Assembly (NCBI RefSeq): GCF_006345805.1
Contig: NW_021833979.1
Location: 1 to 52,737 of the forward strand
Direction: 5' to 3'
DNA: 52,737 bases
Source of the DNA: Octopus sinensis
Taxonomy: Eukaryota
The first letter of the stretch is position 1, and each line of letters starts with the position of its first letter. Below the pieces are notes generated by a model, which saw nothing but the letters and a program-made list of their open reading frames with translations, ran no database searches and was not told the DNA's origin. Shown piece by piece: positions 24,960-37,670 of the stretch. The position numbers and the translations under genes are program-made.

Positions 24960-26810
24960 TTCAGAGGGAGATTTGGATGTTATTTCTAACAAGCCGAGTC
25001 ACAATGCTAATATTTCAGTATAATGTGTGATTTAAAGGGATTTGACTGCTATTTCTACAAGAGAAAATATCAATACAACTATAACACAGATATACAAAAA
25101 GCGACTCCCTGCCCTCAGAAAGAATAGATTTTTTTTTCCTGATTTATGGAGAATGCTAGAAATTTTAAGGGGAGGGGTTGAATCAACATTGATCTAGCTA
25201 CCAGATAGAGATCCTGTATGACCTCATATATACATGCATTAGAAATTACACTGTAATTAGAGCTTTAATTGGCTGGTAATTCCAACGAGCCTTCCTACAA
25301 TGCAGTTAATTTCCTCAGACATAACACAGCATGATGTGTGATTTTAGGAGATTTGACTGCTATTTCTAGAAGCATATATGTATTAATATAACTATATATG
25401 ATATATATTATTGTAGTTATAGTATGTGTGTGTGTGTGTGTGTGTGTGTTCATAAGGCAGCGTGTTGGCAGAATCCCTCACATGCCAGAGGAAATGCTTC
25501 ACGCCGTTTCGTAGTTTCACATTGTGAGTTCAAATTCTGGTGAGGGTTGCTTTGCATCCAATCGTTCCAGGGTCATGAATTGAGCACAAATCAAGTAATA
25601 GGGTCAATGTAATCGATTAGGTGCCCACAATAATTGCAGTCCTTGTGCTAAATGTAAAATGAGAATTATTACATAATTAATAGATGAATAGAAAGATAGA
25701 GAAGGAGAGAGTGACAGAGAGAGAGAGAGAGACGTTACAGTATGTGTATGTGTATAAGCCGGTGAGGTGGAAGAATCGTTCACACGCAGGGTCGATGGAG
25801 TCAATTAGCTGCCTCTACTAGAATTCCAGGCCTTGTGCCAACAGACAAAGAATAATCATATATGTGTATGGTAGAAAATGGTGCCCTGGGACTGAATGTC
25901 TAACGGAGAGGGTTGCAAGGAAGGTATCTGATCCTAAAATGCTGTGAAGAAGAGCTGATAATAGATAGACAGACACACAGAGAGACAGGTCTGTGATTTA
26001 GGGAGACTTGGCTGCTATTTCTTGCAGCAGGTCTAGTGTCCATTAAGCATTGATACATGAGATATTTAAATATTTTTCTTTCTGTTTCTTTCTATATTTT
26101 GTCCATGTCGGAATTCTGATTGAAGCATCCCATATAATCACTCATAACAGTTTTGTTTTTTTTCAATTTCCAGGAAATTCTGTTTTAATATTTTGAAATT
26201 AAAAAAATGGACAGTCTGGACTTTGTGCTTAAATCCCATCAAAAGACCATTAAATGAATTTATTGAAAGATAATGAAAACATCAATATGTAAGAGTGAGA
26301 AACAAACAGGAGGGTATCAAGTGGTCATGCGATATGCTAAAAATAACAGCTAAATAGCCATTAAAAAACACAAAAACTATCTTTTCTTTTCACTTTTGCA
26401 TAACTGTATCAATTCCTGTGTTTAGAACAAATTTACAAAACTCTTCTAAAAATTCACAAAAAGGAAAAAGTTTTGAGGGGTTGTTTGGGGTGATTACATC
26501 AAAATTGCCCCTTCTCTTTCTCTGTCTTCATATACATGTTTGCTAAAATCTTGCTGTTGTTTCTAGCATATGAAGTGCTGCAGTTAAATGGACCTGTTGT
26601 TCATTTGTTGAAAGACAGCCATAGAATTTATAAGCTGCAGTTAATTTCAGTAGGTTGGAGGGGCATTTGGCTGCTATTTCTAACAGCTCTAGCCCTCATG
26701 TACAATTCAACTGTCACTGGTCACATACATAAATATGTATGAAGTTATGTTAAGACAAAATGGTGTTGTTAGAAGGGGATTTGGCTGCTATTTCTAACAG
26801 CTCTAACATT
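24960..26810. repeat. Cluster of ~35-40 bp dispersed motif (grgatttggctgctatttctarca)
   Basis: Copies at about 24964, 25025, 25336, 25993, 26658 and 26771 (+), and 26336-26360 (-). Further copies at 29538 (+) and 50864-50900 (-). Confidence 0.75.
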
Positions 26811-26859
26811 CTTAACTTTTATACATCATGAATTTATTTCTTTCTTTGGTCTTGATGGT

Positions 26860-27100
26860 TGTGGTGGTGTGGTGGTGTTGTGGTGTGGTGGTGGTGGTGG
26901 TGGTGGTGGTGGTGGTTTGGTGGTGGTGGTGTGTGGTTGTGTGTGTGTTGGTGTGTGTTGTTGTGTTGTTGTTGGTTTTGTGGTGGTGGTTGTTGTGGTG
27001 GTGGTGGTGTGGTGGTGTGGTGTGGTGTGGTGTGGTGGTGTGGTGTGGTGTGGTGTGGTGGTGGTGGTGGTGTGATATTGTTGGTGTTGTTGTTGCTGTC
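26860..27100. repeat. (GGT/GT/GTT)n compound microsatellite
   Basis: Directly visible. It explains the V/W/G/H-rich pseudo-ORFs. Confidence 0.95.
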
Positions 27101-27803
27101 ATGTCATTTCCCCCAAGCTTGTTGATCAAGTCAGTGAATGCCAGCTACAAATTTATTGTTCCACATGTGATTTGGGTGAGGTTTACCTACTTTCTCTAAT
27201 AGTCCATGCTAGTGGTGGTGGTCATGGTGCCTGTCGGAGGGAGAGGATCGTATTAGTGTAGTTATAGCAGTTTAGCCCCAACTCAACCCTGATCCATCAA
27301 ATCTAGAAGCCAAGACATTCCAGCCATGACATACTATTTGGACTAACTTTACACAGCATCTCGCCAGACAGTGAAAAACATTAATACCAGTAATACGTTG
27401 TTACCATTCTGCTCACGTAATTATTAGGTTTTGGGGCACTGAGTAAGTTATGGGGACTGCGTTACATTCTCTCACTAATTAATTAGCTTGCATTATGTGC
27501 ATAATGTACATATACATACAAAAATCATATATAGGTAAATATATATATACAAAATAAGAAAATGGAGAATACATCCAAATCAAATATTAATTTCCAGATA
27601 ATACCCAATCACATACTTTATTAAACCACCACATAAGAAACTTTAAGGTCAAACATAATAATATAGAACAAAACAGTGTACATAAAGGAGTAATGTGATA
27701 CAATAAGTATAATATGTATAAGAGAATATAAATATAAGTAAATAGCAGTATATTGGATATGGTTATCCCATGGAGGGTTGCATTTACAACCCCTATCTCA
27801 ATT

Positions 27804-27856
<53 letters not shown>

Positions 27857-27969
27857 TATATATATATATATACACACATATATATGTACATATATATATA
27901 TATACACATATGTATATATACATGCAAACAATCATATATAGGTAAATATATATATATAATATAATATAT

Positions 27970-28002
<33 letters not shown>

Positions 28003-29374
28003 TTATGTAAATAATATGAAATAAACTTTCCATTCTCGAGCTTTTAACTAAAACATGTGTTCCTTGTTCCTACACCTGTCTTTTGTTTCCTGTAAATTTG
28101 AACCATATACCTGTTTGTGTGATTGGATGCATGGACAGACGGACGGACGCAGAGACAGACAGTTGGACAGTCTCTCTACAGAAAGAGAGCGTTACTTTTC
28201 ACTCCCCTCCTCTCTTATTAAATAGGATCATATTCGGAATAGGCAGAGTGAATGCACAAAGAAGTAGGAGCACCTGCATAATGAAGGGGTTCAGAAGACT
28301 GGACAGGGTGTGTGGATAGAGAGAAGAGAGAGGGGTGATCCCTAAGAGGGTGAGAGATACAGGAGTGTCTAAGGGGACAATGGTACGTCTGTGAGGGCAT
28401 TGAGAGTGAATGTGTGTGAGGAGGCATATGAGGGAGAGTGGAGGGGCATGAAGTAGGAGGAAAGGAAAGTGTTGTTGAGAAGGGGTGGAGGACCAGATTG
28501 TATTGGGGGAAGGCATGAGTGTAAAGTGTGTGACTGTATGTATGTGTGTGTATGTGTATATATATTATATATATATATATATATACATCATATATATATA
28601 GATATACACACACATATATACATATACACACACACATATATATATACACAACCACAAATCATCATCATCATCATCATCGTTTAACGTCCATTTTCCATGC
28701 TAGCATGGGTTGGACAGTTTGACCAGGGTCTGGGAAGCCAGAAGACTTCACCAAGCTCCAGTCTGATCTGGCAGCGTTTCTACGGCTGGATGCCCTTCCT
28801 AACGCCAACCACTCTGTGAGTGTAGTGGGTGCTTTTTACGTGCCACCGGCACAGGGGCAAGAGGGGAGGCTGGCAAACGGCCACGATTGGTTGGTGCTTT
28901 TACGTGTCACCGACACGAACGACAGTCAGGCCACGCTGGCATCTGCCACGTTCGGACGGTACTTTTAACATGTCACCGGCACAGGTATCTTAACAACAAT
29001 TTCCATTTGGGCAAATTAATTTATTTGCACAGTAATAGAGAAACTTGAGTTCCCTTTGAAATTACTCTTGTGGTTTGGGCTTTAACTGCCCTCTCTAGCA
29101 CGTAAGGTGTCCTGTTAAAGGTCACCTCTTTTGTGTATAAATATGTGCACAATTATATTTATATCTATAAATATTGGATTCAAATTTTGGCACAAGGCCA
29201 GCAGGTTCGTGGAATGCTCCAGTTTTGATTGCATCAGTCCCAGTGGCCATCGTCCCTGAATGTGAGTCTCCATGGAATTAGAACTCAGAACATAAAGTCA
29301 GATGAAAACACTGCTAAGCATTTTGCCTGGTGTACTAACGATTCTGCCAGCTCAGCAGATATACATACATATAT

Positions 29375-29405
<31 letters not shown>

Positions 29406-30368
29406 CATATATATTTATATTTTTTTTCTAGTTTCAGCTCAGAGCTGCGGCCATGCTGATGCACCGAGCCATACAGAGCTCTCGGTCATTGGCTCAATAC
29501 ATACATATATACATTCCTATAACAATAGAATCTGACTAGAAGGAGATTTGGCTGTTATTTCTAGCAGGGTTAGCTACTCTAAAGCATTCTCCTTCCTTGC
29601 TTCGTTCAATGTCCGACACATTAACGATGAAGTCATTCACTGCATAAATAATAGTCCTTTCTTCTAAAGGCACAAGCCTGACATTTTGTAGGGAAGCGGA
29701 CGGTCGACTACATCGGCCTCACTACTCAAATGATACTTGTTTTATTGACCCTGGGAAGATGAAACAATAGTCGACCTCGGTGGAATTTGAACTTGGAACG
29801 TAGCGACAAGTGAAATACCACTAAGCATTTCGCCCAGCATGCTAACGATTCTTATTAATTATAATAATAATAATAACTATAATGGGCTTATTGTATACAA
29901 TGTTAGGGTCACTACAACTCATTGGAAAGGTATGCCTGTATGTGTGTATGTATATGGGTGTGTTTGTAGGTACATGTTTATATGTATATATATGTATATG
30001 TGTGTGTGTGTGTGTGTGTGTAGCTATATAAGCATGTATACAAATTTAAATGTTGAGGATGGGATTTTTCCATATAAAGAAAGAAGGCAAAATAAGTGAA
30101 TATGATTGGTTCAGAAACATGAAACACTTGAATGGAAATGCATGGGAGGTGGTGGTGGTGGCCATGTTGGAGAGGATGTAAAGAGAGAAAGAAAGAATAT
30201 AGAATTGGATGGGAGGTGGGGAGAGGGTGTCATTCATACAGTCTGTGGTAATCTGAGATAGGCGTGTCGATGCAATCTGGCTAACATATACTACAACACA
30301 CCAACATATACACACACATACCTATACACTACAACAGACATACTTTTAAACCAAGATACATACCCACG

Positions 30369-30677
30369 ACAAGGTAACACCCACCAGGTGTCCAGAAACT
30401 TCTTCCTGGTAGATTATAAATATAGCTGTAAGTGCAGCACACTAGCCAAACCATTGCCACTTTTGCATGATATTTCTGAGAGAGACGGTCTTCAGGCTAG
30501 AATAAACACCTCAGCACAAGTAATCCAGGTAATTATTTTATTTAATACGCAATTTACCAATACACTTCGTTAAAGCTTCATTAGAACTATTTCAAACATA
30601 AACTTTTATATTGGAATTTGTTTTATTTTCAGGCAGTATTTTAAAGTCTAGAAACTTTTCAAAGATTTTACACTGTT
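30369..30677 (-). mobile_element. Duplicated 5'-end fragment of the Chapaev3-like element
   Basis: 30369-30626 is near-identical to 32217-32487. It ends in ttacactgtt, resembling the complement of the cacagtgtaa terminus at 31440. Confidence 0.6.
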
Positions 30678-31439
30678 ACATTACAAGTAAAAATTTTCAT
30701 TTCCAGAATATAAATAAAGTATAGTTTGGTTATGACTATGTCAAAACTATTTAATGGAAATTAGAGGAATGGATATGTTCATCTAAGGATACACAATTTT
30801 AGGTAGTTTACAGTGGATTTCTAATTCTCAAGTGAAATTTAAAATTTGTAAATTAATTTTATGGCTTTTAAATTATTAGTTTTTTGTAAACTTAATTTTT
30901 TAAAGCTTAGCAAGGAAGAAGGGCCCTGCCGATGGTCCTTTATATTTCCAGGGTCTTCAAAAGTGGTAAATGGAAGATAGACATTCTCAAACAAGAGACC
31001 TAACATACAACAGAAATCCTCTCCTAAAAAGCATCTCAAGGGCCAGGTGATGGTGTCAAAAAAGGTGATAGATTAAGTCTGCAACCCAGGGAGGCAACAA
31101 AAGGATTTGATCTCAGATCACAAAGAACCACATTAAATACTACAAGGCATCTTGTCAAATATATAAATCCATCAGACCACCACCTCAGACTGGCATTTTA
31201 ATTATCGACCCTTGCATAATAAAAAATCAAAATTAATCTCGGCAGGATTTGAACTCAGCAGACAAAGAGTTTGTATAAATACCACAAGGTAGTGTGTGTG
31301 TGTAGCTATATATGTATACAAATTTCTATATTGAGGATCGGATTTTTCCATAAAAAGAAAGAAAGCAAAATAAGTAAAAAACAAATTTATAGCCTGATTA
31401 AGTTTGTGTCTAAGTCCAACGTTCTAATGACTCTATTAA

Positions 31440-32487
31440 CACAGTGTAACACATGCTTTGTTTATTTGTATTTTTTAATGTTCATATAAGCATTTTTTGC
31501 CACTAAATTCAAAAATCACATTCATTTTTACCTAACATCGATAGTTATTTATTTATTCCTAATTTCATATTTGCTCTTTATATTTGTAACTTTTCTCTAC
31601 AGCACTTTGTTGGTTCAATCTATTTTAGTATTGTAAGGATAATTACACAACATTTAGTAATTTTTCATTGATTGAAAAGTATTTAGGAAGTATAATATTA
31701 GTTACAACAAAAAGAAACAATAAAACTCTGCACTGTAAATGCCTTGATAACTCTTTCTTAAGATGAGAAGTGCTTTGACGATCGAGATTTTCTAGAGTGT
31801 ATACCTTCATCTCTTCTGACTAGAGACCATATATAATCTCCCATCATAGCAGTATCCCATCGTCCTTGGTATCTTCTTTCCATAGTTGCAACGTCCTGAT
31901 GAAATCTCTCACCATGATCCCCACTTCATGGCATTTCCAGTTCACAGATGTCTTGCAGTCTTCCCCCAGTAGATTCCATTCCTTCAACCTTGATGAAACA
32001 AGTTCAACTCCTGACTTAGTAAGACCCAGATCCCTGATTAAATCATCTAGCTCACTCTGATTTGGAAAGTGAGGCTCTGAAGTCGTTCATGGTACGAAAG
32101 CTTCTGCCATTTCTTGGCTTCTGCTACTTGTTGACTCTTCAGATGAAATATTTTCTGGTGGTAGTGGTACTCGTAAACTGTCAGGTGCTCTAGATGATCA
32201 GCTTCGACATGGTTTGACAAGGTAACACCCACCAAGTGTCTAGAAACTTCTTCCTGGTAGATTATAAATATAGCTTTAAGTGCAGCACACTAGCCAAACC
32301 ATTGCCACTCTTGCAAAATATTTCTGAGAGAGAGAAAGTCTTCAGGCTAGAATAAACATCTCAACACAAGTAATCCAGGTAATTATTTTATTTAATACGC
32401 AATTTACCAATACACTTCGTTAAAGCTTCATTAGAACTATTTGAAGCATAAACTTTTATATTGGAATTTGTTTTATTTTCAGGCAGT
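31440..32487 (-). mobile_element. Internally deleted CMC/Chapaev3-like DNA transposon
   Basis: The minus strand gives PHFPNQSELDDLIRDLGLTKSGVELVSSRLKEWNLL joined out of frame to DHGERFHQDVATMERRYQGRWDTAMMGDYIWSLVR, motifs I recognise from Chapaev3-type transposases. A CAC-type terminus cacagtgtaac follows TAA at 31440. Confidence 0.72.
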
Positions 32488-32986
32488 TTTGATATATTTT
32501 TATAAATTACATTTAAATATTGTATTTGAAGGAATAATCTATGTTATAATTTGGTAAATTTAGAAATATTCTTGGAGATTTCTGTGGAATTATCAGCTTG
32601 GTTGAGAAATAGAATAGTGATGGGTGTTTTTTTTAAAGTGTAGATTTGTGGATGAGAAAGACATGAATAATAATTGAAGAGAGGGTGTGTCATTTATAGA
32701 GATAGGTTAACAGACTAAATGGTGGTGGTCGTGGTGGTAGAAAGATTTCCAGTTATGTATGTAATGTGAGGCTGATGTGTTTTACTCCTTTAGTTATTGA
32801 ACCACGGCCATGCTGGAGCATTGCCTTGATGTATTTAACTGATTGTATTAGCATCGGTATTTCTTTTTAAGTCCGGTAAATATTTTAACCGAATCTATTT
32901 GTGGATCAGCTAAATTAGGAAATGGAGTTAATATTTTAATTAAACAGCAAGTACTAATGATTAAATGATGGAAAGAATATATATAT

Positions 32987-34026
32987 ACTAGCAGTATCGC
33001 CCGGCGTTGCTCGGGTTGTAAGGGAAATAACTATATAAGCATTTTTAGAGAGTTATAGCCAAAAAATAGCAAAAAAATGCATTAAAAATTGAAAAAAAAT
33101 TAAGGTAAATTTTTCTTTAAATCGTTGACACATCGTAGATATTTTTAGAGAGTTACTTCCCTTATATAAAAGCGAAAAAAATGCATTAAAATGGAAAAAT
33201 ATGATGGTAATTTTTTTTTAAATCGTAGACTCATCGTAGACGCGCGCTAATACCCAGAAGGGCTCGTTTGTTATTCTGGGTAACTTTCTGTAAAATTATT
33301 AAAATTTTGTTCAAACATCGCTATAGAAAATGGGTTATTAGCTAATATTCAATTGGGTATACAACAAAATTTTACGATAGAATTTGTTATTCTGGGTAAC
33401 TTTCTGATACCCATAATAATATTTATGGCAAAATAGGCCTTAATTTCATTTAAGGTTGTGGGAAATAACAAACTATCCTTTCTTTCGTTTTGTTTACGTT
33501 TAGCGTAACAGTTCGTTTCTGCCGTAATGATTTCAAATAGGCTCATTCGAAAAAGTAAATAGAAATAGTGTAAGGCTTTACTCTTCTGGGAAAGTCTGTG
33601 GCTTGGTGCAGTTTCTTCAGAAAACTCACCGAAAGAAACAGTTTTTAAATTTTCACTCCATTCAGGTACCAATTCGTTTTCTTTATCGCTGTCGGATTCA
33701 CTGTTTTCACTTTAATAGCTGCCAACTTGCAAAGACAAAGGAGGAGAAGGGTGATAGCGTGAGTGAAACAATTCGCTCCCTTTGTGTGTGTGTGCGTTTG
33801 CGTGTGGTGTAAACCAGACTAAGAAAAGCATTTGACACACACACCAGAATGTGAGTTTTCTGTAAATTTTGCTTAATTGGAGTTTAAATTTTAAAAACTG
33901 GACCTGGCATGACGCGATGCATTGTACTCTTAAAACTGCTAGGTAAATTGTAATTGAAGAAATCCTATATTGTAGATTTGTATAACTCCCAAACGGAGGC
34001 AGATAAAATCTGCCTTTTATAATAAG
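32987..34026 (+). mobile_element. Non-autonomous Helitron/Helentron-like (HINE/DINE-1-type) element, unit 1
   Basis: 5' end is actagcagtatcgcccggcgttgctcggg, with internal ~95-bp subrepeats. A 3' hairpin GGCAGA-TAAAA-TCTGCC (33998-34014) is followed by ttttataataaga. Inserted at (TA)n with no TSD or TIR. Confidence 0.75.
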
Positions 34027-35063
34027 ACTAGCAGTATCGCCCGGCGTTGCTCGGGTTTGTAAGGGAAATAACTATATAAGCATTTTTAGAGTTATAGCCA
34101 AAAAATAGCAAAAAAATGCATTAAAAATTGAAAAAAAATTAAGGTAAACTTTTCTTTAAATCGTTGACACATCGTAGATATTTTTAGAGAGTTACTTCCC
34201 TTATATAAAAGCGAAAAAAATGCATTAAAATGGAAAAATATGATCGTAATTTTTTTTTAAATCGTAGACTCATCGTAGACGCGCGCTAATACCCAGAAGG
34301 GCTCGTTTGTTATTCTGGGTAACTTTCTGTAAAATTATTAAAATTTTGTTCAGACATCGCTATAGAAAATGGGTTATTAGCTAATATTCAATTGGGTATA
34401 CAACAAAATTTTACGATAGAATTTGTTATTCTGGGTAACTTTCTGATACCCATAATAATATTTATGGCAAAATAGGCCTTAATTTCATTTAAGGTTGTGG
34501 GAAATAACAAACTATCGTTTCTTTCGTTTTGTTTACGTTTAGCGTAACAGTTCGTTTCTGCCGTAATGATTTCAAATAGGCTCATTCGAAAAAGTAAATA
34601 GAAATAGTGTAAGGCTTTACTCTTCTGGGAAAGTCTGTGGCTTGGTGCAGTTTCTTCAGAAAAATCACCGAAAGAAACAGTTTTTAAATTTTCACTCCAT
34701 TCAGGTGCTAATTCGTGTTCTTAATCGCTGTCGGATTCACTGTTTTCACTTTAATAGCTGCCAACTTGCAAAGACAAAGGAGGAGAAGGGTGATAGCGTC
34801 AGTGAAACAATTCGCTCCCTTTGTGTGTGTGTGCGTTTGCGTGTGGTGTAAACCAAACTAAGAAAAGCATTTGACACACACACCAGAATGTGAGTTTTCT
34901 GTAAATTTTGCTTAATTGGAGTTTAAATTTTAAAAACTGGACCTGGCATGACGCGATGCATTGTACTCTTAAAACTGCTAGGTAAATTGTAATTGAAGAA
35001 ATCCTATATTGTAGATTTGTATAACTCCCAAAGGGAGGCAGATAAAATCTGCCTTTTATAATA

Positions 35064-35066
<3 letters not shown>
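34027..35066 (+). mobile_element. Non-autonomous Helitron/Helentron-like element, unit 2 (head-to-tail)
   Basis: A near-identical 1040-bp repeat starting immediately at the end of unit 1. Hairpin at 35037-35053. Confidence 0.8.
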
Positions 35067-35098
<32 letters not shown>

Positions 35099-35730
35099 GA
35101 GAGAGAGAGAGATACACACTTGTATACATACATATATACACACACTCTTCACGTTTGTGCTAATTTCCTCCTACCATTTTATAAACTATAAAAAATGTGT
35201 CCAGGATTTCAAATACTTTTACAAGAAGAGAAAGTTTATATTTTTTTGAACAATTTCAAAAATATTTGATGAATTCTAAAGAAAGAAAATGTAAATTATA
35301 TTTAATGACAAAAGGTTTTAGATTTTATTTTGCATGGAAAATTCAAAGTTTGTAAATCAATTTTACAGAAATATAAGCTAAGAAATGAAATAGGTACGTA
35401 ATTGTGTCTTTATTTTTGTCCCACTAACATTGCTTGACAACCGATTTTGGTGTGTTTACATCCCTGTATCTTAAAAGTTCAGCAAAAGACACCAATAAAA
35501 TAAGTACTAGGCTTACAAAGAATAGGTCCCAGGGTCAATTTGTTTGACTAAAGGCAGTGCTCCAGCATGGCCACAGTGAAATGACTGAAACAAGTACAAG
35601 AATAAAAGAATATATATATATACATATATACACGTACACTATATAAATACACACACACACATAATATATACATGTTTATGTAAAAGGGAAATAAAATGTT
35701 GAAGTTGATATTGAAAAGGAGAGAGGGAAT

Positions 35731-35764
<34 letters not shown>

Positions 35765-35877
35765 AGAAAGTAAAAGAAGAGAAGGACATATGAAGGATAT
35801 AAAATAGGAAAGGAAGGGTTGTTATCATTATTATTAATTACTATTATGATTATTATTATTATTACTATTACTATTAT

Positions 35878-36084
35878 TGGGTGGTGACCTGGCAGAATCG
35901 TTAGCATGCTGGGCAAAATGCTCGGCAGCTATTTGTTTGCCTTTACGTTCTGAGTTCAAATTTTGTCGGCATCAACCTTTATCCTTTCGGGGTCAATAAA
36001 ATAAGTACCTTTTGACTTCTGGGGTAGATGTAATCAATTTACCTGCTCTCCAGAACAAGCTGGCCTTCTGTTAAAATTTGAAGC

Positions 36085-36120
<36 letters not shown>

Positions 36121-36305
36121 GACTCATCTGCTACTACATTCTGAGTTCAAATTCCACCAAGGTCAACTTTGCCTTTCATCCTTTTGGGGTCGATTCAATA
36201 AGTTCCAGCTATGCACTGGAGGTGATGTAATTTACTAGTCCCCTGACTGCAAATTTCAGGCCTTGTGCCTATAGTAAGAAAGTATTCTTCTTCTTCTTCT
36301 TCTTC

Positions 36306-36346
<41 letters not shown>

Positions 36347-36710
36347 ATTACTGTGACGAGCTGGCAGAATTGTGAGGATGCAAAGCAAAATGTTGAGCGG
36401 CATTTTGTCCATCTTTACATTCTGAGTTCAAATTCCACCAAGGTTGACTTAGCCTCTCATCCTTTTGGGATCGATGAATTAAGTACTAGTTGAGTACTGG
36501 GGTCAGTGTAATAGACTGGACCCTTCCTTGAACTTGCTGGCCTTGTGCCAAAACTTGAAATCATTTTTATTATATAAAAAAAAAATAAAAGAAATCATTG
36601 CTGTTGTTGTTGTTGTTTTTGCTGCTGCTGCTAATATTATTATTATTGATGTTGTTATTGTTATAGTTATTGATATTCTTCTCTTCTTCTTCTTCTTCTT
36701 CTTATTATTA

Positions 36711-36750
<40 letters not shown>

Positions 36751-37082
36751 ATTACTGTGACGAGCTGGCAGAATTGTGAGGATGCAAAGCAAAATGTTGA
36801 GCGGCATTTTGTCCATCTTTACATTCTGAGTTCAAATTCCACCAAGGTTGACTTAGCCTCTCATCCTTTTGGGATCGATGAATTAAGTACTAGTTGAGTA
36901 CTGGGGTCAGTGTAATAGACTGGACCCTTCCTTGAACTTGCTGGCCTTGTGCCAAAACTTGAAATCATTTTTATTATATTAAAAAAAAAATAAAAGAAAT
37001 CATTGCTGTTGTTGTTGTTGTTTTTGCTGCTGCTGCTAATATTATTATTATTGATGTTGTTATTGTTATAGTTATTGATATT

Positions 37083-37113
<31 letters not shown>

Positions 37114-37380
37114 TTATTATTATTATTATTATTATTAATATTATTATTATTATTAATGTGATGAACAAGCAGAATTGTTACAAAATGCCAGACAAAATAC
37201 TTTGCATCATTTCTTCCAAGTTTACATTTTGAGTTCAAATTCCACCAAGGTTGATTTTGCCCCTCGTCCTTTTGGGATTGATAAAATAAGAACCAGTTAG
37301 GGGCTGGGGGGTGACATAATCAGTTAACCCCCCACACCCAAAATTTCAGGCCTTATGCCTATAGTAGAAAGGATTATTAT
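35878..37380 (+). mobile_element. Head-to-tail array of five tRNA-derived SINEs separated by (ATT)/(CTT)n
   Basis: Copies at about 35878-36085, 36125-36285, 36351-36560, 36755-36965 and 37150-37380 share ctggcagaat...ttctgagttcaaattccaccaagg...ggccttgtgcc. Reverse copies at 29180-29355 and 29655-29860. Confidence 0.8.
36347..37130. repeat. 404-bp tandem duplication
   Basis: attactgtgacgagctgg starts at both 36347 and 36751. The SINE body and the following microsatellites are duplicated almost exactly. Confidence 0.92.
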
Positions 37381-37627
37381 TATCTTCAAAATATTACCAA
37401 AAAAATTTGGGGGCATGGCTGTATGGTTAAGAAATTCACTTCAGAACCTTGTGGTCTCAGGTTCAGTCCCACTTTGCAGCACCTTAAAGAATTAACTTCT
37501 TCTAATGTTCCAGGTCGACTCAAGCCTTGTGAATGGGTTTCATACATGGAACTGATAAAGCCTATGGTATATACATGTGTGTGTATATTCATGTATGCAT
37601 ATCTACATTTGTACATGTATGTGTATG

Positions 37628-37670
<43 letters not shown>

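Noticed and set aside
26812-27199. His/Thr- and Val/Trp-rich ORFs
   Set aside because: They are products of a (GGT/GT)n compound microsatellite.
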